64,000 bases of DNA from a virus, in IMG/VR virus record IMGVR_UViG_3300002231_001563, positions 64,001-128,000 of that record. One strand, written 5' to 3'. The notes below the pieces were generated by a model. It had not been told where the DNA came from, searched no databases, and saw nothing but the letters and a program-made list of their open reading frames with translations. The position numbers were made by a program, and so were the translations under genes. Shown piece by piece: positions 1-9,411 of the stretch; the first letter of the stretch is position 1, and the number at the start of each line of letters is the position of its first letter.

Positions 1-519
1 CAGGTAAAAACTGGCATTCGAATTGATCAGGGAGTTGATAACGCCCTAGTATCGGCCGCTCAGGGTCTTCCTACTAGCGAATTTTACGAAAACCAATATT
101 TAATAGAAATGGATTCTCGCTTTGGGCAGGTGATCGATGTCGTGGGTGGAACCTTGGCAAATCCCTCATTTATTGATGACGACCAAATTGCTTCCTATTA
201 TTTATCAAAAAATGTAAATAGAAACTTTATTACAGATAATTCAAGTACAAGCGATGTGGGAGAGGGAACACAAGTATTGGCAGGCGCTCGCGGAACTATT
301 TTACAATTTCAAATTCAAGTTACTCCTAATTTGAATAGTAATGCAAGTTGGTTTACGCGGTTAGGGGGAACGTTCGACGCCGCCAAGCTCGGCGCCGGCG
401 GCGCTGTACCAAGTTACTTCATCGACACCATCGTTAGGGTAACTGGGCTGACAACGGGCTTCCGACTGGATGTCCCTGTCCGGTATGTTAAAGCTCAGGG
501 CGCTTGGACACTCCCATAA
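1..519 (+). CDS. Partial (5' truncated) virion/baseplate-region structural protein
   Basis: Frame is open from base 1 (QVKTGIRIDQG...) through the ATG at 109 to TAA at 519; beta-rich and directly upstream of two tail-collar-like genes. Confidence 0.5.
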   Translation, partial: QVKTGIRIDQGVDNALVSAAQGLPTSEFYENQYLIEMDSRFGQVIDVVGGTLANPSFIDDDQIASYYLSKNVNRNFITDNSSTSDVGEGTQVLAGARGTILQFQIQVTPNLNSNASWFTRLGGTFDAAKLGAGGAVPSYFIDTIVRVTGLTTGFRLDVPVRYVKAQGAWTLP

Positions 520-540
520 ACATGATCAAAAGGATAAAAA

Positions 541-1512
541 ATGGCTACTGTATTTAAAACTTTACTATCAAACGATGTGGCTACAACGCGCACACTATTG
601 AATGAGGCAATTCCTATTACTGGAACGGTTGTTTCGGGCACGTATGGCAACAATAATATTAAAAACTATATGCATGGAATGTTTCAAAGCGTATACGATT
701 ATCCCTATGCATCTTCCTCTGCAAACCACATTTTCGACCTCTCCTATGGTTATTCATCCGCAGTTTCAAGCTCGACCTCTATGAACGCCAAAAAGATGAA
801 TATTTACAGCCAGATGGCTCAAGTATTAGTGGGGTATGATGAGACCGGATCCATTCGCCGCTTTGACGCCGATGGGGATTTTACTACTACCACTGATGCA
901 ATGGATGCCTGTGTTTTCATTAACTATGCACGCCTCCTCGTCAAAGATGAGATTAAGAAAGGGTCGTATACCCTTACTCTTCAGACTGGCTCTTCATTTG
1001 TAACAGTGGGTGACTATGGAGCTAATAGTGATTATCGTGTCAACTCTCCAGCTGGAGAATTCGGATTATTATATACTTCTTCAGTTGCTCCCTATGGACA
1101 ATCTGTGGGGCTCATCTATTATCAGGCTGGCGTCGTAGCTCTAACTGCCTCTGCCCCCCTCTTCGACTCATATTTGACCTTTACTGGCACCCTATCAATC
1201 ACTGGTACTGCGGATAATGTAAGGAGCAAGTGGGATGATAATGATTTTCAAAACACCACGGAACTAAACAGCACTATTTATTTCTGCCGAGCAGCAAATA
1301 ATGAATTTAATTATAGTGCAAATCCGACATATCTCTCTTCCAGTCAAATTATCGTAAAGAATAATAATGTAGACCAGCCTCCGGTAACATATATTACTAC
1401 AGTGGGTCTCTATTCGCCTGACAACGAACTGTTGGCAGTGGCCAAATTATCTGAGCCGCTCAAAAAAGATCCTGCAACCGAGTTAATCTTCCGGGTGAGA
1501 TTAGATTATTAA
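541..1512 (+). CDS. Baseplate/tail-fibre attachment protein with tail-collar-fibre-like C-terminal domain
   Basis: C-terminal YITTVGLYSPDNELLAVAKLSEPLKK resembles the I-x-E/T-x-G-L-Y-D-x-x-G/N-x-L-(I/L)-A-V-A-x-x-P motif of P2 gpH-like/DUF3751 domains; AAGGA SD. Confidence 0.55.
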   Translation: MATVFKTLLSNDVATTRTLLNEAIPITGTVVSGTYGNNNIKNYMHGMFQSVYDYPYASSSANHIFDLSYGYSSAVSSSTSMNAKKMNIYSQMAQVLVGYDETGSIRRFDADGDFTTTTDAMDACVFINYARLLVKDEIKKGSYTLTLQTGSSFVTVGDYGANSDYRVNSPAGEFGLLYTSSVAPYGQSVGLIYYQAGVVALTASAPLFDSYLTFTGTLSITGTADNVRSKWDDNDFQNTTELNSTIYFCRAANNEFNYSANPTYLSSSQIIVKNNNVDQPPVTYITTVGLYSPDNELLAVAKLSEPLKKDPATELIFRVRLDY

Positions 1513-1528
1513 GTTGGAGGTGTAAAAC

Positions 1529-2701
1529 ATGCCTTTTAAGAAATTTTCTGAAGATGATGTGTTCAATAATACACTGAAGACATTTCCCCGAAATCGCTTT
1601 GGTATCTATGGTGGACGCGTCTATCGTCAAAATATGTCCCAAGAATCGGGATCTTTTACGGGAAGTGTTCCTTGTGTGCCTACGGGATTCGTTTCATTAT
1701 ATGAATTAAACGTGGACCGCTCCGCCTCTCGTACTGGACTTATTTATCCTTTTGTTACTAAAAATGGAACTTTGACTAGTTTTCGAACTATTTCTTCCAC
1801 CACATTTAATACGGATTTTGCATATGGCGACATGTTGACAGGCTCTTATCCCTTATCGGCCAGCGTGAGCAGGAATTATGTTATAGGGCCTATTCACCGC
1901 AATAAAATTAATGCCCTCCGTGTGACGCTGGATTCATATACGTGTTGGAGCCCTCATTATCAATTTAGTTCTTCGCTCGGAGATAAAGCAACGCAGACCA
2001 TTAATTTAATTTCTATTCCATCCATTTTTTACGGTTCCTCAATAAATAAAGAGAATGGTTCGGTTAGTTTGAAATATTATGTCTCAGGCACATTAATTGG
2101 AGAATTAAAAGACATTAATCGTAATGGCGAGCTGATCCAGGTCGGCCCCCCAGGAAGTGTTGGGTCTGGTTCGGTCGCAGGTGTAGCTCTCTATAATGAA
2201 GGATTCTTGTTGTTGACCGGCTCATGGCCTCTCGAAACAGGCCACGCGAGAGATTATTTAAATGATCCCACTACTTTTATGACCTCTTCCTGGCTATTTT
2301 TCGGAACTGGAATGAATGATTCATCGGGTTCGGGAATTCCCTACGTCCATTATGATATGGAGTTTGAGGGGGTCAACTATATTGAAACTTTGACTTTGAT
2401 GGCTCATGCTGAAAAGGGAGAACTTAATCACTCTAATAATCCTACTTATACTCTCTTAAGTTCCGGATCCTTTTACAATAGCGGAGTTAATACTTACAGC
2501 GAGAACGGCCGCCCCATCAAAAATACAGTTAAGAGTCCTTATATTTATCCTACTGCCTCCTTCGAGAAAACGACCTATATCTCCAAAGTGGGCATCTACG
2601 ATGAGGATAAAAATCTTATAGGAATAGCCACCGTCTCCAAGCCAGTGAAAAAAACACTTGACAGAGACTATACTTTTAAGTTAAAATTAGATATACAATG
2701 A
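1529..2701 (+). CDS. Paralogue of the preceding baseplate/fibre attachment protein
   Basis: C-terminal YISKVGIYDEDKNLIGIATVSKPVKK...FKLKLD aligns with the upstream gene; GGAGG SD. Confidence 0.55.
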   Translation: MPFKKFSEDDVFNNTLKTFPRNRFGIYGGRVYRQNMSQESGSFTGSVPCVPTGFVSLYELNVDRSASRTGLIYPFVTKNGTLTSFRTISSTTFNTDFAYGDMLTGSYPLSASVSRNYVIGPIHRNKINALRVTLDSYTCWSPHYQFSSSLGDKATQTINLISIPSIFYGSSINKENGSVSLKYYVSGTLIGELKDINRNGELIQVGPPGSVGSGSVAGVALYNEGFLLLTGSWPLETGHARDYLNDPTTFMTSSWLFFGTGMNDSSGSGIPYVHYDMEFEGVNYIETLTLMAHAEKGELNHSNNPTYTLLSSGSFYNSGVNTYSENGRPIKNTVKSPYIYPTASFEKTTYISKVGIYDEDKNLIGIATVSKPVKKTLDRDYTFKLKLDIQ

Positions 2702-3210
2702 TATTAGGTTTAGATATTAGCACAAGCATAGTGGGAGTCTGTATATTGGATGATAACAAAATTATCCATGCGGATTATATTGATCTACGAAAAGTGGGGT
2801 CTTTTTTTGAGAAAGCAAGGACCGTTAAGGAAGCTCTGGTCTCTCTTGGTAAAACCCACCCTCTAGAACATATTTATATCGAACAGGCTTTGATGTTTTT
2901 TCGCAAAGGCGGATCGACAGCAAAAACTATGTCTACCTTACAACGTTTTAATGGCATCGTCTCGTGGATATGTTATGAGGAATTGTCCATAGAGCCTCAA
3001 TATTTGACACCCATATCAGCCCGATCCAAATGTGGTATAAAAGTACCACGCGGAAAGAAAGCTAAAGAGGTGGTAATGGAGCACTTTATAAAAACACAAG
3101 AGTTTCCCATCGAATATACGCGGTATGGCAATGTTCAGAAATATTGCTATGATATTGCCGACGCTGTAATTGTGGCCCGGGCCGCCCATATCAGTATAAC
3201 TGAAAAATAA
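2698..3210 (+). CDS. ruvC: RuvC-like Holliday junction resolvase
   Basis: MILGLDISTSIVG (catalytic D), IYIEQ (E), YDIADA (D-x-x-D); ATGA overlap with the upstream gene. Confidence 0.85.
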   Translation: MILGLDISTSIVGVCILDDNKIIHADYIDLRKVGSFFEKARTVKEALVSLGKTHPLEHIYIEQALMFFRKGGSTAKTMSTLQRFNGIVSWICYEELSIEPQYLTPISARSKCGIKVPRGKKAKEVVMEHFIKTQEFPIEYTRYGNVQKYCYDIADAVIVARAAHISITEK

Positions 3211-3213
3211 TCC

Positions 3214-3242
3214 TTGACAAAGAGTCGCTTATATGTTATATT
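3214..3242 (+). promoter_or_regulatory. Sigma70-type promoter with extended -10 (primase/SbcCD)
   Basis: TTGACA (3214-3219), 17-nt spacer, TG-n-TATATT (3237-3242). Confidence 0.85.
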
Positions 3243-3248
3243 AACAAT

Positions 3249-4172
3249 ATGCGTACAAAGAAGGCTATTTTACACAATTTTCTCGGTAAATCATATGTCT
3301 CCAGTGGGGAATACTTGTTTGAGTGTCCTTTCTGCAAACATCATAAGAGAAAATTTTCTGTCAATATAGAAAAGGGAGTGTATAAGTGTTGGATTTGTGA
3401 CAAGCGCGGCGCCAATCTTTATCGTCTTGTTAAAATGTTTGGTTCTCAAAAAGATCGCAATGATTGGGTTACTTATTTTGATGTAAAGCCCGACCTTACT
3501 GAATTTGAGGCACTATTTGGTGCACCGATTTCGACTCAAGAGGCGCCTCCACTAGACATGCCACCCGGTTTTCAAACACTCTGCACCCTCTCTCCAGCTA
3601 AGAGGCCTTTAGCTTATCTTAGAAATAGGGGCATATCTCCCTCGGATGTCTTGAAATGGAAAGTAGGTTTTTGTTCCCACGGCCCCTATGGGGGAAGGGT
3701 AGTTATCCCCTCATTTAATCAAAGCGGCGAGTTAAATTTTTTTGTAGCTCGCAGCTACATTAATCATAATTATCGCTATAAGAATCCCCAAGTTTCACGC
3801 GACATAATTTTTAATGAATTATATGTAGATTTTGACTCGGAATTGACATTAGTAGAAGGGGTGTTCGATGCCATGAAAGCGTCCAATGCAGTACCTCTCT
3901 TGGGGTCCACATTAAGAGAAGACTCGGTCTTATTTAAAAAAATTATAAAATATGACACCCCCGTTTTGTTAGCTCTCGATCCTGATGCAGCCTACAAATC
4001 CACTAATATAAAAAAATTATTCCTGAAATACGGAATAGAATTGAGGGAAATACAGTATACTGATGATAGAGATATAGGAGATATGTCTAAAGAAGAAGTT
4101 GAGAAATTAAGCAATGTAGCTCCCCATATTCAGGAAGAGGATGGTCTTCTTTCTGCCATTGCTAGTTTATAG
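3249..4172 (+). CDS. dnaG: DNA primase (Zn finger + TOPRIM)
   Basis: CPFCKHH...CWIC zinc-binding domain; LVEGVFDA and LALDPDA TOPRIM motifs; RDIGD. Confidence 0.9.
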   Translation: MRTKKAILHNFLGKSYVSSGEYLFECPFCKHHKRKFSVNIEKGVYKCWICDKRGANLYRLVKMFGSQKDRNDWVTYFDVKPDLTEFEALFGAPISTQEAPPLDMPPGFQTLCTLSPAKRPLAYLRNRGISPSDVLKWKVGFCSHGPYGGRVVIPSFNQSGELNFFVARSYINHNYRYKNPQVSRDIIFNELYVDFDSELTLVEGVFDAMKASNAVPLLGSTLREDSVLFKKIIKYDTPVLLALDPDAAYKSTNIKKLFLKYGIELREIQYTDDRDIGDMSKEEVEKLSNVAPHIQEEDGLLSAIASL

Positions 4173-4182
4173 GAGATAAAGC

Positions 4183-7100
4183 TTGAAGTTTGCCCATATA
4201 GCCGATACACATATTAAAAATTTAAAATATCATTATGAATATAAGATTGTTTTTGATAAGATGTATGAAATTTTACGATCGGAGAGTCCCGATTACATTA
4301 TTCACTGTGGAGATATCGCCCACACTAAAACTCAAATCTCACCAGAATTTGTAGAAATGTGTTCAGATTTCCTTAGTTCGTTGGCCGATATTGCGCCCAC
4401 ATATGTAATTTTGGGCAATCATGATGGTAATCTAAAAAATAGCAATCGTCAAGATGCTATCACGCCTATTGCCGAGGCACTGGCTCACCCTAATCTTTTT
4501 CTTTTGAAGAATTCAGGAGAAACTAATTTAAATGATAACTTTTCCCTCAATGTCTTATCAGTTTTTGATGAGGATGGATGGATGCAGCCGTCCGACCCTT
4601 CAAAGGTTAACATTGCCCTCTATCATGGTTCTATTTCAGGGGTAACGACGGATACTGGATGGGTAATGACTCATGGTGAGCATCCTATTGAGGTTTTTGA
4701 CGGACATGACTACGCGTTGCTTGGAGATATTCACAAGACCAATCAATGTCTTGATCAAGAGGGGCGCATTCGATACGCTGGCTCTACAATTCAACAAAAC
4801 CACGGCGAAACAAACGACAAGGGCTTTCTCTTGTGGGAAATACAGGATAAAGAGAATTTTACGTGTCGCCATATTGAACTTAAAAACCCTCGGCCCTTTG
4901 TTACCATTACATTGACGTCGGAAGGGAAAATTCCATCAAAGGTTAAAATATCCCCCCATAGTCGCTTAAGGCTCGTATCTAATAATAACCTTCCCATTGA
5001 TGTGATGCGTAAGGCGATGGAGGTGGCAAAAAGAAAGTATAAGCCCGAAGTTGTCACTTTTTTAAACCGCGCATCGGGCAAGCGCGGATCTGTCGAAGAT
5101 ATTACGGATGGCCTTCAAACTGAAGATTTGAGAAACACCGAAATACAAGAGAATTTAATTCGGGAATATCTAAAAGATTACGAAGTAGAGGAAGCGCTAA
5201 TGAAGCGCGTATTAAATTTAAATTTAAAATATAATAAAATCGCCGAAGACAATGAGGAAATATCTCGCAATGTAAACTGGCGCCTCCGCTCCGTATCGTG
5301 GGATAATTTATTTAATTATGGAGAAGATAATCGAATCAATTTTGATAATCTAGAGGGAATTGTGGGAATTTTCGGAAAAAACTTCTCAGGAAAATCCAGC
5401 ATTATTGACTCTATTTTATATACTCTCTATAATTCTACATCCAAGAATGATCGCAAAAATCTCAACATTATTAATCAGAATTGTGAATACGGCGCCGGAA
5501 CTGCCACTATTTCCATCGGAGATCGTGATTATACTGTAAATAGAAAATCTGAAAAATATACTCGCAAACTAAAAGGCGAAGTGACTCTCGAAGCTCGTAC
5601 TAACGCATCTTTTGAGGTCTATGACCCTACCACCGATTGTTCGGAGAGCCTAAATGGACTAACCAGAAACCAGACCGATAAGAATATTAGGAAAATTTTT
5701 GGCACTCTAGAAGATTTTTTATATTCATCCATGTCGAGCCAATTGGACTCTCTCACCTTCATCAAGGAGGGTTCAACTAAACGAAAGGAAATCTTGGCCA
5801 AGTTTTTAGATTTAGAATTTTTCGAGAGAAAATTTAAATATTCTAAGGAAGATGCGGCCGACACCAAGGGCGCCCTCCGCAAATTAGAGGATAAAAACTT
5901 TGATGAAGATATCGATGCAGCCCAGGAGCACTTAGATGAGGCTAATGCTAAATTAGATAAAAAGAAGAATACTTGCACCTCTTTATTACAAAAAATTTCC
6001 GATGTCAATACTGAGATAGGCGAAATTAAGGAAAACATCAATTCTATTCCGGCCGAGATCATCGACGTATGCAAGGTGAGAGATGAACTAAAAGACACGA
6101 AAAACCAGATTTTATGTGTTTCAGACGAAAATGAAACACTTACCGAGGAAAGGACTCATGCAAAGGAGAAATATCAAAAAATCGTTGATTTTTTAGCCGA
6201 ATATGATGAAGTGTCGCTTTTTGAGAAGCAAGAGAAGGCATCGGAACTTTTAGAACAATTACTAAATGTAGAAAATTTACTTACAGAGGAGCAGGGAGAA
6301 TTTACACGTAATACCCAAAAATTACAGCTTTTGCAAGGAATTCCTTGCGGAAATGCCTACCCTAAGTGTAAGTTCATAAAGGATGCCTATATTGCTAAGG
6401 CGACCGCGCCCCAGAACGAGCGCGAAATTCAACGATTAGCTTCCATTGTGGATGACCTAAATGATGACATTAAAGAGATAGATCCTGACATGGTTGACGA
6501 TCACATCAATAAATATACCGCCATCGTCAACAACAAGAATGCAGTTTCAAATCAAATTACTAATTGTGATTTGAAAATTGAAAAGAACGACTCGATTATC
6601 CGACAGCTTATTTCAGAATCTGAAAAATTGAGTGCCACACTCTCTGAATATGAATTAAATAAGGATATTATTGAAAATGCCGAAGCACTCAATAAAAAAA
6701 TGAAGTCATTAACCCTCAAAGCTAAAACCTTAAAGACCAATCATGACAAATGTCACCAAGACGTGCTAGATTTATATAAACTGGTAGGTTCTACGGAACA
6801 ATCTGTTGCCCACCTCGTAGAGCAAAGGGAAGCTTATATAAACTTGCAAGAGGAATATTCGGCCTATGATTTATACATGCGCTGCATGCATCCCAATGGT
6901 ATAGCTTTCGATGTTATTAAGCGCAAATTACCCGTCATTAATGAGGAGATTGCCAAAATGTTGGCAAATATTGTGGATTTTGAGGTCTTTTTTGAAGACG
7001 ACGGCCGTCGGTTAGATATTTTCATCAAACATGAAAATTATGACCCGCGCCCTCTTGAAATGGGATCAGGGGCCGAAAAAACCATCGCGGCCATGGCTAT

Positions 7101-7335
7101 CCGCCTAGCACTGTTGAGTGTCTCCAGCCTGCCAAAATCTGACTTATTTATTTTGGATGAGCCGGGCACCGCACTGGATGAAGAAAATATGCAAGGCTTT
7201 ATTGCTATTCTGGATTTAATTAAATCCTATTTCAAAACAGTGCTGCTTATCTCTCATTTGGACAGCTTGAAAGACTGTGTGGATATGCAAATCACTATTG
7301 ACAAGAAAAATGGGTATGCTTGTGTAAATATCTAA
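4183..7335 (+). CDS. Fused Mre11/SbcD nuclease - Rad50/SbcC ATPase (T4 gp47+gp46 equivalent)
   Basis: Phosphoesterase motifs IADTH, HCGD, GNHD, LYHG, GDIH; Walker A GKNFSGKS; coiled coil; signature GSGAE; Walker B ILDEP; LISH. TTG start after GGAG. Confidence 0.92.
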   Translation: MKFAHIADTHIKNLKYHYEYKIVFDKMYEILRSESPDYIIHCGDIAHTKTQISPEFVEMCSDFLSSLADIAPTYVILGNHDGNLKNSNRQDAITPIAEALAHPNLFLLKNSGETNLNDNFSLNVLSVFDEDGWMQPSDPSKVNIALYHGSISGVTTDTGWVMTHGEHPIEVFDGHDYALLGDIHKTNQCLDQEGRIRYAGSTIQQNHGETNDKGFLLWEIQDKENFTCRHIELKNPRPFVTITLTSEGKIPSKVKISPHSRLRLVSNNNLPIDVMRKAMEVAKRKYKPEVVTFLNRASGKRGSVEDITDGLQTEDLRNTEIQENLIREYLKDYEVEEALMKRVLNLNLKYNKIAEDNEEISRNVNWRLRSVSWDNLFNYGEDNRINFDNLEGIVGIFGKNFSGKSSIIDSILYTLYNSTSKNDRKNLNIINQNCEYGAGTATISIGDRDYTVNRKSEKYTRKLKGEVTLEARTNASFEVYDPTTDCSESLNGLTRNQTDKNIRKIFGTLEDFLYSSMSSQLDSLTFIKEGSTKRKEILAKFLDLEFFERKFKYSKEDAADTKGALRKLEDKNFDEDIDAAQEHLDEANAKLDKKKNTCTSLLQKISDVNTEIGEIKENINSIPAEIIDVCKVRDELKDTKNQILCVSDENETLTEERTHAKEKYQKIVDFLAEYDEVSLFEKQEKASELLEQLLNVENLLTEEQGEFTRNTQKLQLLQGIPCGNAYPKCKFIKDAYIAKATAPQNEREIQRLASIVDDLNDDIKEIDPDMVDDHINKYTAIVNNKNAVSNQITNCDLKIEKNDSIIRQLISESEKLSATLSEYELNKDIIENAEALNKKMKSLTLKAKTLKTNHDKCHQDVLDLYKLVGSTEQSVAHLVEQREAYINLQEEYSAYDLYMRCMHPNGIAFDVIKRKLPVINEEIAKMLANIVDFEVFFEDDGRRLDIFIKHENYDPRPLEMGSGAEKTIAAMAIRLALLSVSSLPKSDLFILDEPGTALDEENMQGFIAILDLIKSYFKTVLLISHLDSLKDCVDMQITIDKKNGYACVNI

Positions 7336-7343
7336 CTAATTAT
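7335..7343 (+). promoter_or_regulatory. Putative late-promoter motif ACTAATTAT (lysis/packaging genes)
   Basis: Matches the ACTANTTA motif that recurs in intergenic gaps before structural genes. Confidence 0.5.
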
Positions 7344-7366
7344 ACGTGCGAAAGGGGGATTTACTA

Positions 7367-7561
7367 ATGACAGAAATGGCAAAGGGAGCCTTAGATAAGG
7401 TTGTAGAAAAAGTCGTATCGCGCAAACTATTAGTATGGGCCACAGCCACAGCGCTCTTGTTTACATCCAATCTAGAGAGTGAACATTGGCTCTATTTGAG
7501 TGCACTATATATTGGCGGCCAATCAGTGATTGATGCGATTGTTAAACTTAAAGGTGCGTGA
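7367..7561 (+). CDS. Putative holin (two TM helices)
   Basis: 64 aa with SRKLLVWATATALLF and WLYLSALYIGGQSVIDA; ATG 7367 follows AAGGGGGA; upstream of two spanin-like genes. Confidence 0.5.
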   Translation: MTEMAKGALDKVVEKVVSRKLLVWATATALLFTSNLESEHWLYLSALYIGGQSVIDAIVKLKGA

Positions 7562-7962
7562 TGATTAATATTAATTTTGGAGAAGCGTTTAAATCATTGG
7601 GCGCTTTTATAACTAAAAATTGGCAAGCGCTTGGTCTAGTTATTATGGTGATCTTATTCTTTGTAACGAAGAATGATTATGGCGCTTTGAAAAAATCGAT
7701 GGAAGTGATGAATAATTCTTATGAAGAGCAAATTGCAGCCCTGCAGTTGTTGCACGAGGAAGAGCTGAAGAAGCGGGAAGATGCAATCGCGAATTATGAA
7801 GAGGAGCTAGAAGACCTCACCCAGCGCTTTAACGACGAATTGGAAGACTTGCGTCGTACGAAAGAAGAGGATGTAGAAGAATATATGCGGGACTTTGCGG
7901 TTCAGCCAGAAAAATTGGCTCTAGAGATTGAAGAACAGTTTGGTTTTACTTATGTGGAATAA
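7558..7962 (+). CDS. i-spanin-like membrane-anchored coiled-coil protein
   Basis: N-terminal TM (ALGLVIMVILFFVT) followed by an acidic heptad-rich helix. Confidence 0.45.
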   Translation: MMININFGEAFKSLGAFITKNWQALGLVIMVILFFVTKNDYGALKKSMEVMNNSYEEQIAALQLLHEEELKKREDAIANYEEELEDLTQRFNDELEDLRRTKEEDVEEYMRDFAVQPEKLALEIEEQFGFTYVE

Positions 7963-8380
7963 AATAATATTATTGACCGCCCTGAGTACATCTGGTGCTT
8001 TTGCAGCAGACGGAAAATTTACTTTTGTGCAGGAAGATGAGCCCTCTCCATTTGTGGGCACTCTTTTTGATCCTGAAGCTACTGCGCGAATTATGGCAAA
8101 TCACAAATTTCTCAAAGAAGAATATCAGCTAACTCTGGGATTTGAGCTGGAGAAGCAAGAGAAAGAATTCAACCTTAAATATGAACAACTTCAAATTACC
8201 CTGGATACTACTATCAAGAAATACGATACCATCCTCGCCATCAAAGATACGGAAATAGAACAATTGAATAAAATAATTGCCAAAAAGCCAGGAAAAAATG
8301 CTTTGATTTGGGGAATTGCAGGAGGCTTTGCAGTAGGTGTAGCAGCCACCATCGGAATAACATATGCGGTGAATAAATGA
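7952..8380 (+). CDS. Secreted coiled-coil protein with C-terminal TM anchor (possible spanin partner)
   Basis: Signal peptide MWNKIILLTALSTSGAFA/AD, coiled coil, C-terminal ALIWGIAGGFAVGVAATIGITY; no Cys. Confidence 0.4.
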   Translation: MWNKIILLTALSTSGAFAADGKFTFVQEDEPSPFVGTLFDPEATARIMANHKFLKEEYQLTLGFELEKQEKEFNLKYEQLQITLDTTIKKYDTILAIKDTEIEQLNKIIAKKPGKNALIWGIAGGFAVGVAATIGITYAVNK

Positions 8381-8766
8381 AAAAAGATTTAAATACGATA
8401 GCTAAATTAGAGCAGGCCATCGCTAAGAAGTACGGAGATGAGGCCATAAAGCACCCCAAAGCCGACTGGACTCCAGAAAAAGAAAAAGAATATCAATCCC
8501 AATTGGCACAATTGTATGAAAAAGAGAAGAGCATTGAGGAAAAAAGTGAAAAAATTGAAATCGATGGTTTTTTAATTTCTCAAAAACTATTTATTAAAGA
8601 TAACAATCGGGTTTGCCCCGTATGTGCCACCTATTCTTTCGAAACTAAAGATGATGTATATATGCTCAAATTCAACAGTTGCTTTAAATGCTATGTTCAA
8701 TGGGTAGAAGGTCGAGAAGACAGATGGAAATCTGGATGGCGCCCCACACAAGGATCAGAAAAATGA
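8377..8766 (+). CDS. Hypothetical protein with two CxxC pairs (possible Zn finger)
   Basis: CPVC ... CFKC; coupled to both neighbours by ATGA overlaps. Confidence 0.55.
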   Translation: MKKDLNTIAKLEQAIAKKYGDEAIKHPKADWTPEKEKEYQSQLAQLYEKEKSIEEKSEKIEIDGFLISQKLFIKDNNRVCPVCATYSFETKDDVYMLKFNSCFKCYVQWVEGREDRWKSGWRPTQGSEK

Positions 8767-9407
8767 AAATCGTAAAATCACAACTAAGAAGACTCATTCA
8801 AGAAGAGCTAAGAGCACTTCTTCAAGAGCAACTCCCTCCGTCCGATGAAGAAGTGGCATCCGCTTTTGGTCATTCTCTCTCAACCGGCTTGTCCGACGAC
8901 GGAGAGTGGACTTCTGTAGATCGCTTAGATGAACCTGAATATGCAGCGATGCAACATGTGGTGGATCAGATTAAGGATTCCGGCGCCTTAACCGCCCTAA
9001 TGGATGAGATGCTCGAAGAAGAAGGGGTCTTGAAGGTATTACGAGTCGACCCCAGTCAAGTTTCAATCTTACGCCCTAAGTTGGAGCATTATTTAGATAA
9101 AGTGGTCTCTCACTTGCTCCAAGAAATCGATATCGAAACTATTATTACCAAGGGAATCGACGGCCAACTGCCCACATGGAAAGAATTTAATGGCTTTATT
9201 CGCAAGACAGTCGAGCATATGCCCCTGGATAGTCACAAACGCGTTGACCGCGTTGCTCAAGTTGCCCTCCGCTTGCTGTTGGGAGAATTAATGACACGCA
9301 CCGGTGGCCTGGGTACCGCCGCCGACAATCAATATGGCGTCGACGACTGGAATAGGAAAATGAAAGGCTTTCAGGATATCACTGAAGGCCGAAAGGGGAG
9401 GAAATAA
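8763..9407 (+). CDS. Hypothetical protein, candidate internal head protein
   Basis: Likely start at ATG 8763 (ATGA overlap); N-terminus MKIVKSQLRRLIQEELRALLQE. Confidence 0.5.
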   Translation: MKIVKSQLRRLIQEELRALLQEQLPPSDEEVASAFGHSLSTGLSDDGEWTSVDRLDEPEYAAMQHVVDQIKDSGALTALMDEMLEEEGVLKVLRVDPSQVSILRPKLEHYLDKVVSHLLQEIDIETIITKGIDGQLPTWKEFNGFIRKTVEHMPLDSHKRVDRVAQVALRLLLGELMTRTGGLGTAADNQYGVDDWNRKMKGFQDITEGRKGRK

Positions 9408-9411
9408 TCCG

